47,850 nt of DNA, from assembly GCA_038108555.1 (NCBI GenBank), contig JAYNIA010000013.1, positions 1-47,850 of the forward strand. The letters are read 5' to 3'. The position numbers and the translations under genes are program-made. This DNA is from Nitrospinota bacterium. GTDB taxonomy: Bacteria > Nitrospinota > Nitrospinia > Nitrospinales > VA-1. The notes under the pieces are model-generated. The model was not told where the DNA came from. It ran no database searches and was given only the letters and a program-made list of their open reading frames with translations. Shown here in pieces: positions 1-8,262 of this stretch. Within the stretch, counting starts at the first letter, position 1. The number at the start of each line of letters is the position of its first letter.

Positions 1-458
1 TGAGGGTATACGCTCCCAATGGAAAGGTCGTGGTTAAATCCGATGAATACTACGGCCACGACCCGCGATTGGTGGATGTGGGCGTTGTAGATGATATTGG
101 CACCGGGGACGTGCTGGGAAAACCTGTCAGGTATAAAAGTCGGCTTCAATTTGTGAAAAATGGCCGCCGCCGCTTTCTGGTTCTCCCCAAAAACTATACG
201 GCAGGAAACGGGCTCTTGAGCCGATTGGTGATCGTAAACAATTCCGGAGTCGCCATTTTGGGCGTAAATCGTGAAGGATTTGAGAGATATTTCGAATCCA
301 ACAAACAAAAAGGTTATCTTGCGGCATTCAAGGTGGTGCCCCGGAAAGACAATACAGGAGCGGATGTGCACATTTTGAGAACAGAAAAAAGCATTATTAA
401 CAGCACTGCGTCTTCGGGTTCCAGCACATTTTCCACTTATTTCTGGAAGGCTGAATAA
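1..458 (+). CDS. C-terminal part of a hypothetical protein, possibly FG-GAP/VCBS-repeat-like (5' truncated by window edge)
   Basis: Frame 3 is open from position 3 (RVYAPNGKVVVKSDEYYG...) to TAA at 456-458. The family guess is weak. Confidence 0.6.
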   Translation, partial: RVYAPNGKVVVKSDEYYGHDPRLVDVGVVDDIGTGDVLGKPVRYKSRLQFVKNGRRRFLVLPKNYTAGNGLLSRLVIVNNSGVAILGVNREGFERYFESNKQKGYLAAFKVVPRKDNTGADVHILRTEKSIINSTASSGSSTFSTYFWKAE

Positions 459-524
459 TTTCGCCCGATCCATCAAAAATGACAGCATTAGGGGGAATTA
501 AATTGTAAAGAAAAAAAAATGGCT

Positions 525-551
525 TAAAAATCAAATAACCTTTGATTTTTA
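525..551. promoter_or_regulatory. Perfect 11-bp inverted repeat, candidate operator upstream of the porin gene
   Basis: TAAAAATCAAA-taacc-TTTGATTTTTA in an AT-rich intergenic region. Confidence 0.35.
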
Positions 552-717
552 TTTTGTTTAATGGTATCTTTTCAGGGATTTTGCTACATCTTTACAAATG
601 AAGGGGATAATTACGTAAGTTTTCAATCACTTACTTAAAGGTTTATTTGTATTCGTATATAAAGCAACCAATTATTAAAAAGTAGTTAGTCATCAACAAA
701 ATTTGGAGGAGACAAGC

Positions 718-2196
718 ATGAAAAAGAATTTTCTGACTGTAGCCGCGATGGCTGTCGTTGCGTTTTTCGTATCGACTGAAATCGCTAAAGCAGCCGACAT
801 CACATTCAGCGGGCAAATTAGAACGCGAATGGAGTTTAATGAGCATTCGGGTGGACGTCCGGCAACAGGTAGTGGTTTCGGTACAGCCGCATCTCCATCA
901 TTCAACAATGACACAGACGAATTCACCTTCAGTTCTGTCCGTCTTGCGGCGAATGCCAACATCAACGACACTACTTCTGCATTCATTCAAATGCAGAGTG
1001 TCAGGAACTGGGGTAATACCACCACTGCTAACGTAGCTGATGGTTCTGGTTCTGGAAACGCATCAGGAACAGCAGATGATGCAGACGCAACAGTAGGTAT
1101 CCATCAGGCGTATTTCACCTTGAAAAATTTCCTGGTAGATGGCGTTGACATGAAACTGGGCCGCCAGGAAATCAAACTGGATGGATGGCGCCTGTTCGGT
1201 AACACCATCTGGACACCGGGTATGCAGTCGCACGATGCGGTTACATTCCACCATGCGCATGACAACATGACCATTGTCGGTGGTTACATTAAGGCTCAGG
1301 AAGATAGTCGAGATGAAGATCGAAACGATGCCAACGATTCTGAAGTTTACCTGCTTTGGGGTAATTACAAAGGTGTCTTGGGCGGACAGTTCTCTGCTTA
1401 CTACGTCTTTGTTGACAATGGTTGTGGTGGTGTTACTGCCGCTGCTGCAGGTGGCGGTGCTGGCGGTTGTACCAATGGTGAAAACAATTTCCATACCATT
1501 GGTGGTCGGCAGGCAGGTCAGCTGTTCGGTCTGGATTACCGTGGTGAGTTTTACTACCAGTTCGGTCGCGCGGATGGTCTGAGTGACCTGACGGGTGCCC
1601 CTGACACAGACCGTTCAGCTTATATGTTCGGTGTACGTGTAGGAAAAACCTTTGGAAACGTAATGTTCAAACCGGGAATCACCCTTTGGTATGATTACCT
1701 CTCAGGAACCACCGATGCAGACCAGGCAGATGGCGAATGGTCCAGTTTTAACACCTTGTATGACACCGGTCATAAATACTATGGTCTGCAGGATCTTTTC
1801 CTAGGTGTTGGTGGCGGTGGTACTGCTGGAACCCAAGGATTGGGTCTGCAAGATCTGGCTGTGAAATTCAAAATGAACCCAATGCCAGGTTGGACCTTGA
1901 ACCTGGATGCACATGCCTTCGCAACTGCGGAAGGTATTTGTGCCAACCCAACAACATCTGGTGTATCTTGTGCAAATACTTCAGGTGCAAACAACGCCAG
2001 ATACGAAACCTGGCTTGGAAACGAGTTTGACTTGACTCTCGTGAACAAATACAACAAGAACACCAAAATAATGATTGGATTCTCTAACTTCAATGCAAGT
2101 GCTGGGATGAAGAAAATTAAATCGGTGACAACTGCTGGTTCCGTTGGTCCGGCAGATGCAAACTGGGCTTATCTCCAGTTTGATGTGCAGTTCTAA
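718..2196 (+). CDS. Outer-membrane beta-barrel porin, alginate-export (AlgE)-like family
   Basis: GGAGG RBS before ATG 718. Signal peptide MKKNFL...IAKA. Motifs FSGQIRTRME, HQAY, KLGRQE, LYDTGHKYYG, LGNEFDL. C-terminal YLQFDVQF Bam signal. Confidence 0.85.
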   Translation: MKKNFLTVAAMAVVAFFVSTEIAKAADITFSGQIRTRMEFNEHSGGRPATGSGFGTAASPSFNNDTDEFTFSSVRLAANANINDTTSAFIQMQSVRNWGNTTTANVADGSGSGNASGTADDADATVGIHQAYFTLKNFLVDGVDMKLGRQEIKLDGWRLFGNTIWTPGMQSHDAVTFHHAHDNMTIVGGYIKAQEDSRDEDRNDANDSEVYLLWGNYKGVLGGQFSAYYVFVDNGCGGVTAAAAGGGAGGCTNGENNFHTIGGRQAGQLFGLDYRGEFYYQFGRADGLSDLTGAPDTDRSAYMFGVRVGKTFGNVMFKPGITLWYDYLSGTTDADQADGEWSSFNTLYDTGHKYYGLQDLFLGVGGGGTAGTQGLGLQDLAVKFKMNPMPGWTLNLDAHAFATAEGICANPTTSGVSCANTSGANNARYETWLGNEFDLTLVNKYNKNTKIMIGFSNFNASAGMKKIKSVTTAGSVGPADANWAYLQFDVQF

Positions 2197-2208
2197 GTTT
2201 GTATTTTC

Positions 2209-2246
2209 AAAAACCCTCCGGCCTTGGGGCCGGGGGGTTTTTTTTT
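2209..2246 (+). terminator. Rho-independent terminator of the porin gene
   Basis: AAAAACCCTCCGGCC-TTGG-GGCCGGGGGG followed by a T9 tract, just after the stop codon. Confidence 0.9.
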
Positions 2247-2340
2247 GCCCGGTTTCCGTGTGAGCGCTATTGGGCTGTCTACAAATTATGATATTCTTTA
2301 ACAGTACATCTTTTACTGCTAATAAAAAACAAATCAAGGC

Positions 2341-3366
2341 ATGAAGAATTTATTTTTTCTCTTTTTATTATTACTTATCCCTCACTTCACCTGGGCAGAT
2401 TCAAAGGTTTTCAAACTCAATGGAAAACCCGTTCCGAGTGTAGTGGCAAAGGTGAATGGGGTTCCCTTGAACTCTGCGCTTTTAGAAAGCGAGTTCCTCT
2501 CTTTTAAGTTGAGAGCTGAACAACAGGGAAAAAAAATTGTTCCTTCAGAAGAAATTTTATTCGCCCGTGAAGTCCTCAAAGCAGAAATCATGAAGGAGTT
2601 GATCTCGCAAAAAGCCAAATCCCTCGACATTAAAATAACTCCCGAAAAAATCGATCTGGAAATCGAAAACATTGAAGACAAGTTTCCCAGTCATGAGGCG
2701 TTCATTACCGCCCTGGCTTTCCAGCATTTGAATATAAAATCCCTAAAAGAAAAAATTGAAAGAACCCTTTTGGAAGATGAGTTGATCCGGGTGGAAGTCG
2801 CCCCAAAAGTTAAATTAAAAGATGGTTCGGCTAAAGAGTTCTATGATTCAAATCGGGAAAAATTTTCCAAACCCAGCCTGTACCGAACACGACATATTCT
2901 TTTTTCTACCATTCAAACTCCAAATAATCTGGAAAACGAGGAGGATAGAAAAAAAGCCCAGCGAATGGCTAAAATGATAAATGGAGAAGCCAAAGCCAGC
3001 GCTGAAGAAGTATTGAAAAAAATTAAAGCCGGAGGAGATTTCCAAAAACTTGCCAGGGAGTTTTCGGAAGATGAGGCTTCCAAATCCGAGGGTGGCATGC
3101 TTGGAGATTTGCATCCCGAAAGCACCATTCCTGAAATTGCAGAAGAAATGGTTAAATTGAATGAAGGGGCAACCAGTGGAATTTTTAAAAGCGCTTATGG
3201 ATATCACATCATCAAGCTTGATGAAATCATTCCCAGCACGCTCATTCCTTTCGAAGAAGCCGAAAGCGATATATTGAATATTTTGATGAAAAGAGAAACA
3301 CAACAACTTTTCAAAAAATATCTGATAGACCTCGAAAAAAATGCCAAAATAGAAATTTTTATCTAA
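2341..3366 (+). CDS. Periplasmic parvulin-type peptidyl-prolyl isomerase (SurA/PrsA-like)
   Basis: Signal peptide; VVAKVNG N-domain; RHIL, FQKLAREFSED, GGMLG and YGYHIIKL rotamase motifs. Confidence 0.9.
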   Translation: MKNLFFLFLLLLIPHFTWADSKVFKLNGKPVPSVVAKVNGVPLNSALLESEFLSFKLRAEQQGKKIVPSEEILFAREVLKAEIMKELISQKAKSLDIKITPEKIDLEIENIEDKFPSHEAFITALAFQHLNIKSLKEKIERTLLEDELIRVEVAPKVKLKDGSAKEFYDSNREKFSKPSLYRTRHILFSTIQTPNNLENEEDRKKAQRMAKMINGEAKASAEEVLKKIKAGGDFQKLAREFSEDEASKSEGGMLGDLHPESTIPEIAEEMVKLNEGATSGIFKSAYGYHIIKLDEIIPSTLIPFEEAESDILNILMKRETQQLFKKYLIDLEKNAKIEIFI

Positions 3367-3411
3367 CGGGCAGGCCGCTTGGCCAAAACTTCACCTAAAT
3401 ATCCGCTACAG

Positions 3412-4398
3412 ATGAACACCACTTTAGTTACCGGGGCTACAGGGTTTCTGGGATCAGCCATTGCAAGAGAATTACTACGAGATGGCCGCAAAATCAAATT
3501 GCTCGTTCGCAAACAGGCCGACTTGAGCAATATTGATGGCTTGGATGCCGAAGTGATAACGGGCGACCTTCGTGATCGCGAATCCTTAAAGTCTGCACTG
3601 CAGGGGTGCTCCTCACTCTACCACGCTGCCGCTTATTACAGTTTATGGGATCGCGATAAAAAACTGATCTATGACATTAATGTTCAGGGCACTCGAAATA
3701 TTCTGGAAGCAGCGATGGAATTGGGTCTGGATCGGGTTGTTTACACCAGCACGGTGGGATGTATCGGACTGTCTGATGACCGCACCCCGACTAATGAAAA
3801 AACCCCGATGGACCCAGAAACACTCAGTAATGACTATAAAATTTCCAAATATCAGGCAGAAAAAATTGCTTTGGAAATGTTTGGAAGAGGATTGCCGGTG
3901 GTGATTGTGAATCCCAGTACACCCATAGGTCCCCGCGATATAAAACCCACTCCAACCGGGAAGATTGTTCTCGATTTTTTAAACGGTAAAATGCCTGCCT
4001 ATCTGGATACAGGCTTGAACCTGATCGATGTAGCCGATTGTGCACGCGGTCATATCCTCGCTGAGGAGAAAGGGCAACCGGGCAACCGTTATATATTGGG
4101 AAATAAAAACATGTCCTTAAAAGAGATCCTCCTTGCCCTGGAGAAAATTACAGGCATCAAAGCCCCGACTATTAAGATGCCCTATTGGGTAGCTTACATG
4201 GCAGGTTTGGCTTGTGAAACATTCTCAAACCTAATCACACAAAAGCCTCCTGCAGTGCCGCTTGCAGGGGTCAAAATGGCAAAATACTTTATGTATTTCG
4301 ATTCCTCCAAAGCCATTCGGGAGTTGGGGTTGCCGCAAAATCCCGTAGAGAATGCTCTCAGCCAATCTGTTAAATGGTTCCAGGAAAACCGCTGCTGA
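3412..4398 (+). CDS. hpnA: Hopanoid-associated NAD-dependent sugar epimerase/dehydratase
   Basis: LVTGATGFLG Rossmann motif, YKISK catalytic YxxxK, and VNPSTPIGPRDIKPTPTG typical of HpnA. Confidence 0.8.
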   Translation: MNTTLVTGATGFLGSAIARELLRDGRKIKLLVRKQADLSNIDGLDAEVITGDLRDRESLKSALQGCSSLYHAAAYYSLWDRDKKLIYDINVQGTRNILEAAMELGLDRVVYTSTVGCIGLSDDRTPTNEKTPMDPETLSNDYKISKYQAEKIALEMFGRGLPVVIVNPSTPIGPRDIKPTPTGKIVLDFLNGKMPAYLDTGLNLIDVADCARGHILAEEKGQPGNRYILGNKNMSLKEILLALEKITGIKAPTIKMPYWVAYMAGLACETFSNLITQKPPAVPLAGVKMAKYFMYFDSSKAIRELGLPQNPVENALSQSVKWFQENRC

Positions 4399-4403
4399 AA
4401 AAT

Positions 4404-5183
4404 ATGGAAACACTTTCTTTACTCTGGGGCACTGTTTTACTCCGCCCCTATGTATTTATTTTTCTCGCGGTGTACCTGACCATCGCGGTTTTAAATATGG
4501 GGGTGTTACGTTCGTTACTTTTTACAGTAATGGCTTACAGCATTGCATTTATCTGTGAATACTCCTCCACGCGAAATGGCTTTCCCTTCGGATTTTACAC
4601 ATATATCGACACCACACGAGATCAGGAGCTTTGGATCAGTAATGTTCCTTTTATGGATTCCCTTTCCTTTTCTTTCCTGATCTATGTGAGCTATACCTTG
4701 AGTCTGTTTTTATGGGCACCTCTGGTTAAGAAGGGATGGGATGTGCGACTGGGAGAAATCGGTCGCATCAAACATTCCTTTAAGGTTATTGCCTCGGCAT
4801 CCATTTTATGTATGTTGATGGATGTAATTATTGACCCTGTCGCCTTTTTAGGGGACCGATGGTTCCTTGGAAAGATCTATTTTTACCGCGAGCCGGGAGA
4901 GTATTTTCATATTCCCCTAACCAACTTTGCCGGCTGGGTTTTTGTCGCTTCCGCCACACTGACCTGCTTTGCTTTTTTGAACACTTGGTTGGACACCCAG
5001 GTTCCTGTCCGGACAGATCAAGTCCCAGGCCAGGCCCTTCTGGGACCAGGATTGTATTTTGGAGTACTGGCCTTTAACCTTGGAGTTACTTTTTATATTG
5101 GAGAGTTTTTGCTCGGATTGTGGGGAACTTTAATCTCGGGTGGAATCTTAGCTTTGCTGCTGTTAAAAATACGAAAATATTGA
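4404..5183 (+). CDS. CruF-like (DUF422, 'carotenoid biosynthesis') membrane protein
   Basis: Polytopic; E..S.RNGFPFG.Y.Y, DVIIDP and IPLTNFAGW motifs. Confidence 0.75.
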   Translation: METLSLLWGTVLLRPYVFIFLAVYLTIAVLNMGVLRSLLFTVMAYSIAFICEYSSTRNGFPFGFYTYIDTTRDQELWISNVPFMDSLSFSFLIYVSYTLSLFLWAPLVKKGWDVRLGEIGRIKHSFKVIASASILCMLMDVIIDPVAFLGDRWFLGKIYFYREPGEYFHIPLTNFAGWVFVASATLTCFAFLNTWLDTQVPVRTDQVPGQALLGPGLYFGVLAFNLGVTFYIGEFLLGLWGTLISGGILALLLLKIRKY

Positions 5184-5189
5184 ATCCGT

Positions 5190-5387
5190 CTACATGGTCT
5201 TGGAGCCCATATAGATTCCATAGACTATGGCACCAAATACGATACCCATTAGTAAATTGTCTATGGCAACAGATTTCCAGTCAGGAATGCGTTCCCAACT
5301 GGCCCACGGTATGATGATTATAAACAGGGAGAGAAAACCCAGCACCAACAAACAAGCCAGGATGATTATAAATTTTTTTTCATCCAT
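5190..5387 (-). CDS. 65-aa two-TM membrane microprotein (paralog A)
   Basis: Two hydrophobic stretches; aligns without gaps to the adjacent 65-aa ORF. Confidence 0.7.
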   Translation of the reverse strand: MDEKKFIIILACLLVLGFLSLFIIIIPWASWERIPDWKSVAIDNLLMGIVFGAIVYGIYMGSKTM

Positions 5388-5403
5388 AAAGATGTAAATA
5401 AAT

Positions 5404-5601
5404 TTAATGCATTCGGGTATTCATGTAGAAACCATATACAAACAGAATAATTGCAACCACCACAATTCCACTGTCTAATAAAGTATCTTTCCAATTGGGT
5501 AAAAGGTAATTGGTAAACCAGGGAACCGCAACAAAAAGTATCCCTATAAAACCGATACCCAGGAGGCTCAAAATAGTAATGATTAATACCTTGTCGTTCA
5601 T
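5404..5601 (-). CDS. 65-aa two-TM membrane microprotein (paralog B)
   Basis: AAGGA RBS upstream; shares PW, PxWK, D and VYGxYM with the neighbouring ORF. Confidence 0.7.
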   Translation of the reverse strand: MNDKVLIITILSLLGIGFIGILFVAVPWFTNYLLPNWKDTLLDSGIVVVAIILFVYGFYMNTRMH

Positions 5602-5739
5602 AATGGAATTCCTTTATTCTTTCTATCCAGACACTTTAATAAACGGCCCGAAATGATTGTAACAATTTAATTGAAAGTATGAAAATAATAGAACTTCTTT
5701 TAGCCTAAGAAACCTTTTTATAATAACATTTGGAATTTT

Positions 5740-6762
5740 ATGAGTTTAGAAAAGGAAAACCCCATCACCCCGGAAATTCAGCAGCTCATCAGCAAACTTT
5801 CTAGCGATTGTGTTGACAAGGCCCTTTTTCAACAAATCCTGACAACTCTATGGAGGATGGCGCAAGAGCATAAAGATCGTGGGGATTACAAACTGATCGA
5901 TAAAGCCCTGGAAGAGCTTAGAGCCTCTTTTAAACTTTTCAAACCCCACCGAAACGCCCGTAAAGTCGCCCTGTTTGGTTCAGCAAGGATTGAGGAATCA
6001 GATAAAAATTATGAACTTGCAAAAAACCTGTCAAAAGCTCTTGTAGAAAATGGATATTTGATTATTTCCGGTGCGGGAGGCGGTGCCATGCAGGCGGCCA
6101 ATGAAGGGGCAGGAAAAGGAAAAAGTTTTGGTCTCAATATCAAACTTCCTCATGAACAAGCGGCAAACCGGTTCATTTGTGATTCCCCAAATCTTATTGA
6201 GTTCAAATATTTCTTTACCCGAAAACTTGTTTTCATCAAGGAAACTGATGCTACCGTCCTGCTTCCCGGGGGATTCGGGACGTTGGACGAGGGATTCGAA
6301 AATATCACCCTTTTCCAAACGGGAAAATGTATGCCCAGACCTATTGTCCTGCTGGACCATCAGGAGGACAACTATTGGGGTCAATGGTTGGATTTGCTGG
6401 ACTCACTTTTTATAGAAAATGGCTATTGTTCGCCCCAAGACATTCACCTTTTAAAGAGAGCCAAAAGCCCTGAGGAGGCCCTGGATCATATAAAATCGTT
6501 TTATCGTGTATTCCATTCTCTGCGATATGTCAGGGAAAAAACGGTACTGAGGCTCAACAAAGCTATTTCACCAGAACTTTTAAATGAACTAAATCAAGAG
6601 TTTAAGGATATTATTGTAAAAGAAAAGATCGAAGCCACTGGCCCCCTCAAAGAAGAGCTAATCAATCAGGAACACCCCCATTTACCCCGCCTTTCTTTCC
6701 ATTTTGACAAAAAGAGCTTTGGTAGGCTCAATCTCCTTATTTCCAAACTCAACCAAAACTAA
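5740..6762 (+). CDS. LOG/SLOG-family nucleotide phosphoribohydrolase (long form)
   Basis: FGSAR, SGAGGGAMQAANEGA, FKYFFTRK and PGGFGTLDE signatures. Confidence 0.9.
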   Translation: MSLEKENPITPEIQQLISKLSSDCVDKALFQQILTTLWRMAQEHKDRGDYKLIDKALEELRASFKLFKPHRNARKVALFGSARIEESDKNYELAKNLSKALVENGYLIISGAGGGAMQAANEGAGKGKSFGLNIKLPHEQAANRFICDSPNLIEFKYFFTRKLVFIKETDATVLLPGGFGTLDEGFENITLFQTGKCMPRPIVLLDHQEDNYWGQWLDLLDSLFIENGYCSPQDIHLLKRAKSPEEALDHIKSFYRVFHSLRYVREKTVLRLNKAISPELLNELNQEFKDIIVKEKIEATGPLKEELINQEHPHLPRLSFHFDKKSFGRLNLLISKLNQN

Positions 6763-6874
6763 CCTTCCATTTTCTCCCTCATTTGCGGCAATAATTTATA
6801 AAATTTTGCACACAAATTAAAAAAATAGTTTTATTTTTTAACACTAATTTTTATTATTTAAAAATTAAAATAAA

Positions 6875-6903
6875 TTGACACCTTTCTTACCCCTTAATAT
6901 ATA
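6875..6903 (+). promoter_or_regulatory. Candidate sigma-70 promoter for the cNMP-binding gene array
   Basis: TTGACA (6875-6880), 17-bp spacer, TATATA (6898-6903). Confidence 0.45.
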
Positions 6904-6938
6904 CATGTTTACAAAAATGTATAAAATTTTCAATGATT

Positions 6939-6955
6939 TTGGCCTGAAATTTGCT
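6939..6955 (+). promoter_or_regulatory. Candidate sigma-54 (-24/-12) promoter
   Basis: TTGGCCTGAAATTTGCT: GG-N10-GC spacing with TGGC and TTGC half-sites, about 50 bp before ATG 7008. Confidence 0.6.
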
Positions 6956-7007
6956 TATTCATACAAGTAGATGAATTTTAAAACTTTGTATCAATCAGGT
7001 GAAGCAG

Positions 7008-7433
7008 ATGAGTGTTGGAAGAAAATTTAAAAAAGGTGAAACCATTTTCCTCAAGGGAGAACCCAGTGACTGCGCTTTTATTATCAGTTCAGGAGCGGTT
7101 GAAATAATTGAAAGGACAGTGAGGGGAGAAAAAGTTATAGGCCAACTCACTGAAAACGAGATTTTTGGGGAAATGGGTTTGATAGATGGACAACCGCGTT
7201 CGGCAACGGCCCGCGCTATTGAAGATTCGGTTGTTTATGTGATGACACGAAATAAATTTGACCTGCTGGCCCGAGAGAATCCTGAAGCCCTGCTGCCTAT
7301 TCTCAAGGTATTGACCAGTCGTTTGAGAGAAACCATGCATTCTTTCAAGGGGAATGGCCTGGGACGGACAAAAATCAATATCCCCAACCGTATGGGGGTG
7401 ACTGGTGAAAACAGGAACTTAATGACGCATTAA
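7008..7433 (+). CDS. Stand-alone cyclic-nucleotide-binding domain protein 1
   Basis: IFLKGE..D.AF.I.SG.V; phosphate-binding cassette FGEMGLIDGQPRSATA; no HTH; AGGTGA RBS. Confidence 0.9.
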   Translation: MSVGRKFKKGETIFLKGEPSDCAFIISSGAVEIIERTVRGEKVIGQLTENEIFGEMGLIDGQPRSATARAIEDSVVYVMTRNKFDLLARENPEALLPILKVLTSRLRETMHSFKGNGLGRTKINIPNRMGVTGENRNLMTH

Positions 7434-7450
7434 CATAATTGGAGTCAAAA

Positions 7451-7834
7451 ATGGTTACTAAAAAATTCAAAAAATACGACTTCATTTTCAGGGAAGGCAC
7501 CTATGGAGACTGCGCCTATATGATTGACTCGGGAAGGGTGGGAATCATTTCTGAAACGGACCAAAACGGCAAGCGCAAGGTGGTGGCCCTGCTCCGAAAA
7601 AATGACATTTTCGGAGAAATGGGCCTGATTGACAATGAGGTGAGAACTGCAACCGCCATTGCCCTGGAAGATACCCAGGTTTCAGTGATCAGCAAAATGA
7701 CCTTTGATTATTTGCTCAAGCACGATCCCTTCGCGTTACGACCTTTACTTGAGGTTTTATCTCACAGGTTAAGAAACACGACGGATTTACTATGGGAAAA
7801 TTCAAAAGGTCCGGTATTAAACGTAAAGCCTTAA
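7451..7834 (+). CDS. Stand-alone cyclic-nucleotide-binding domain protein 2
   Basis: FGEMGLIDNEVRTATA; GGAG RBS at 7441. Confidence 0.9.
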   Translation: MVTKKFKKYDFIFREGTYGDCAYMIDSGRVGIISETDQNGKRKVVALLRKNDIFGEMGLIDNEVRTATAIALEDTQVSVISKMTFDYLLKHDPFALRPLLEVLSHRLRNTTDLLWENSKGPVLNVKP

Positions 7835-7846
7835 TTGAAAAGAACA

Positions 7847-8227
7847 ATGGAAACCACGGCCACATTTTCAAAAGAAGAGGTTATTTTTCGCAAAGGCGAA
7901 GCCAGTAAATTTGCCTACATCATTCAATCTGGAAAAGTCGGGATTTATAAAGAAAACGATTACGGGAAAAGGACCCTCGTACGAATCCTGAACAAATCAG
8001 ATTTGTTTGGAGAAATGGGCCTGATTGACAAGTATCCAAGGTCCGCCACCGCAATCGCCCTTGAAGATTCGAGTTTAACGGTAGTGGACAATTCCCGCTT
8101 TTCATTCCTTTCGAAATACAGTCCGAAATTTTTCGTCATCCTGGTAAAAACCCTGACCAATCGGCTGAGAGACACTTTAGGTCAGTTAAAAAATGAAGGA
8201 AAACAAATCGAGGCATTGGAAAATTAG
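7847..8227 (+). CDS. Stand-alone cyclic-nucleotide-binding domain protein 3
   Basis: FGEMGLIDKYPRSATA. Confidence 0.9.
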   Translation: METTATFSKEEVIFRKGEASKFAYIIQSGKVGIYKENDYGKRTLVRILNKSDLFGEMGLIDKYPRSATAIALEDSSLTVVDNSRFSFLSKYSPKFFVILVKTLTNRLRDTLGQLKNEGKQIEALEN

Positions 8228-8262
8228 AAGCCAAATTCGACAAAGAAAAAGGAGAACTAAAA

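Noticed and set aside
718..2196. Alginate biosynthesis/export locus
   Set aside because: Only the AlgE-like barrel is present, with no alg8, alg44, algK or other alginate genes
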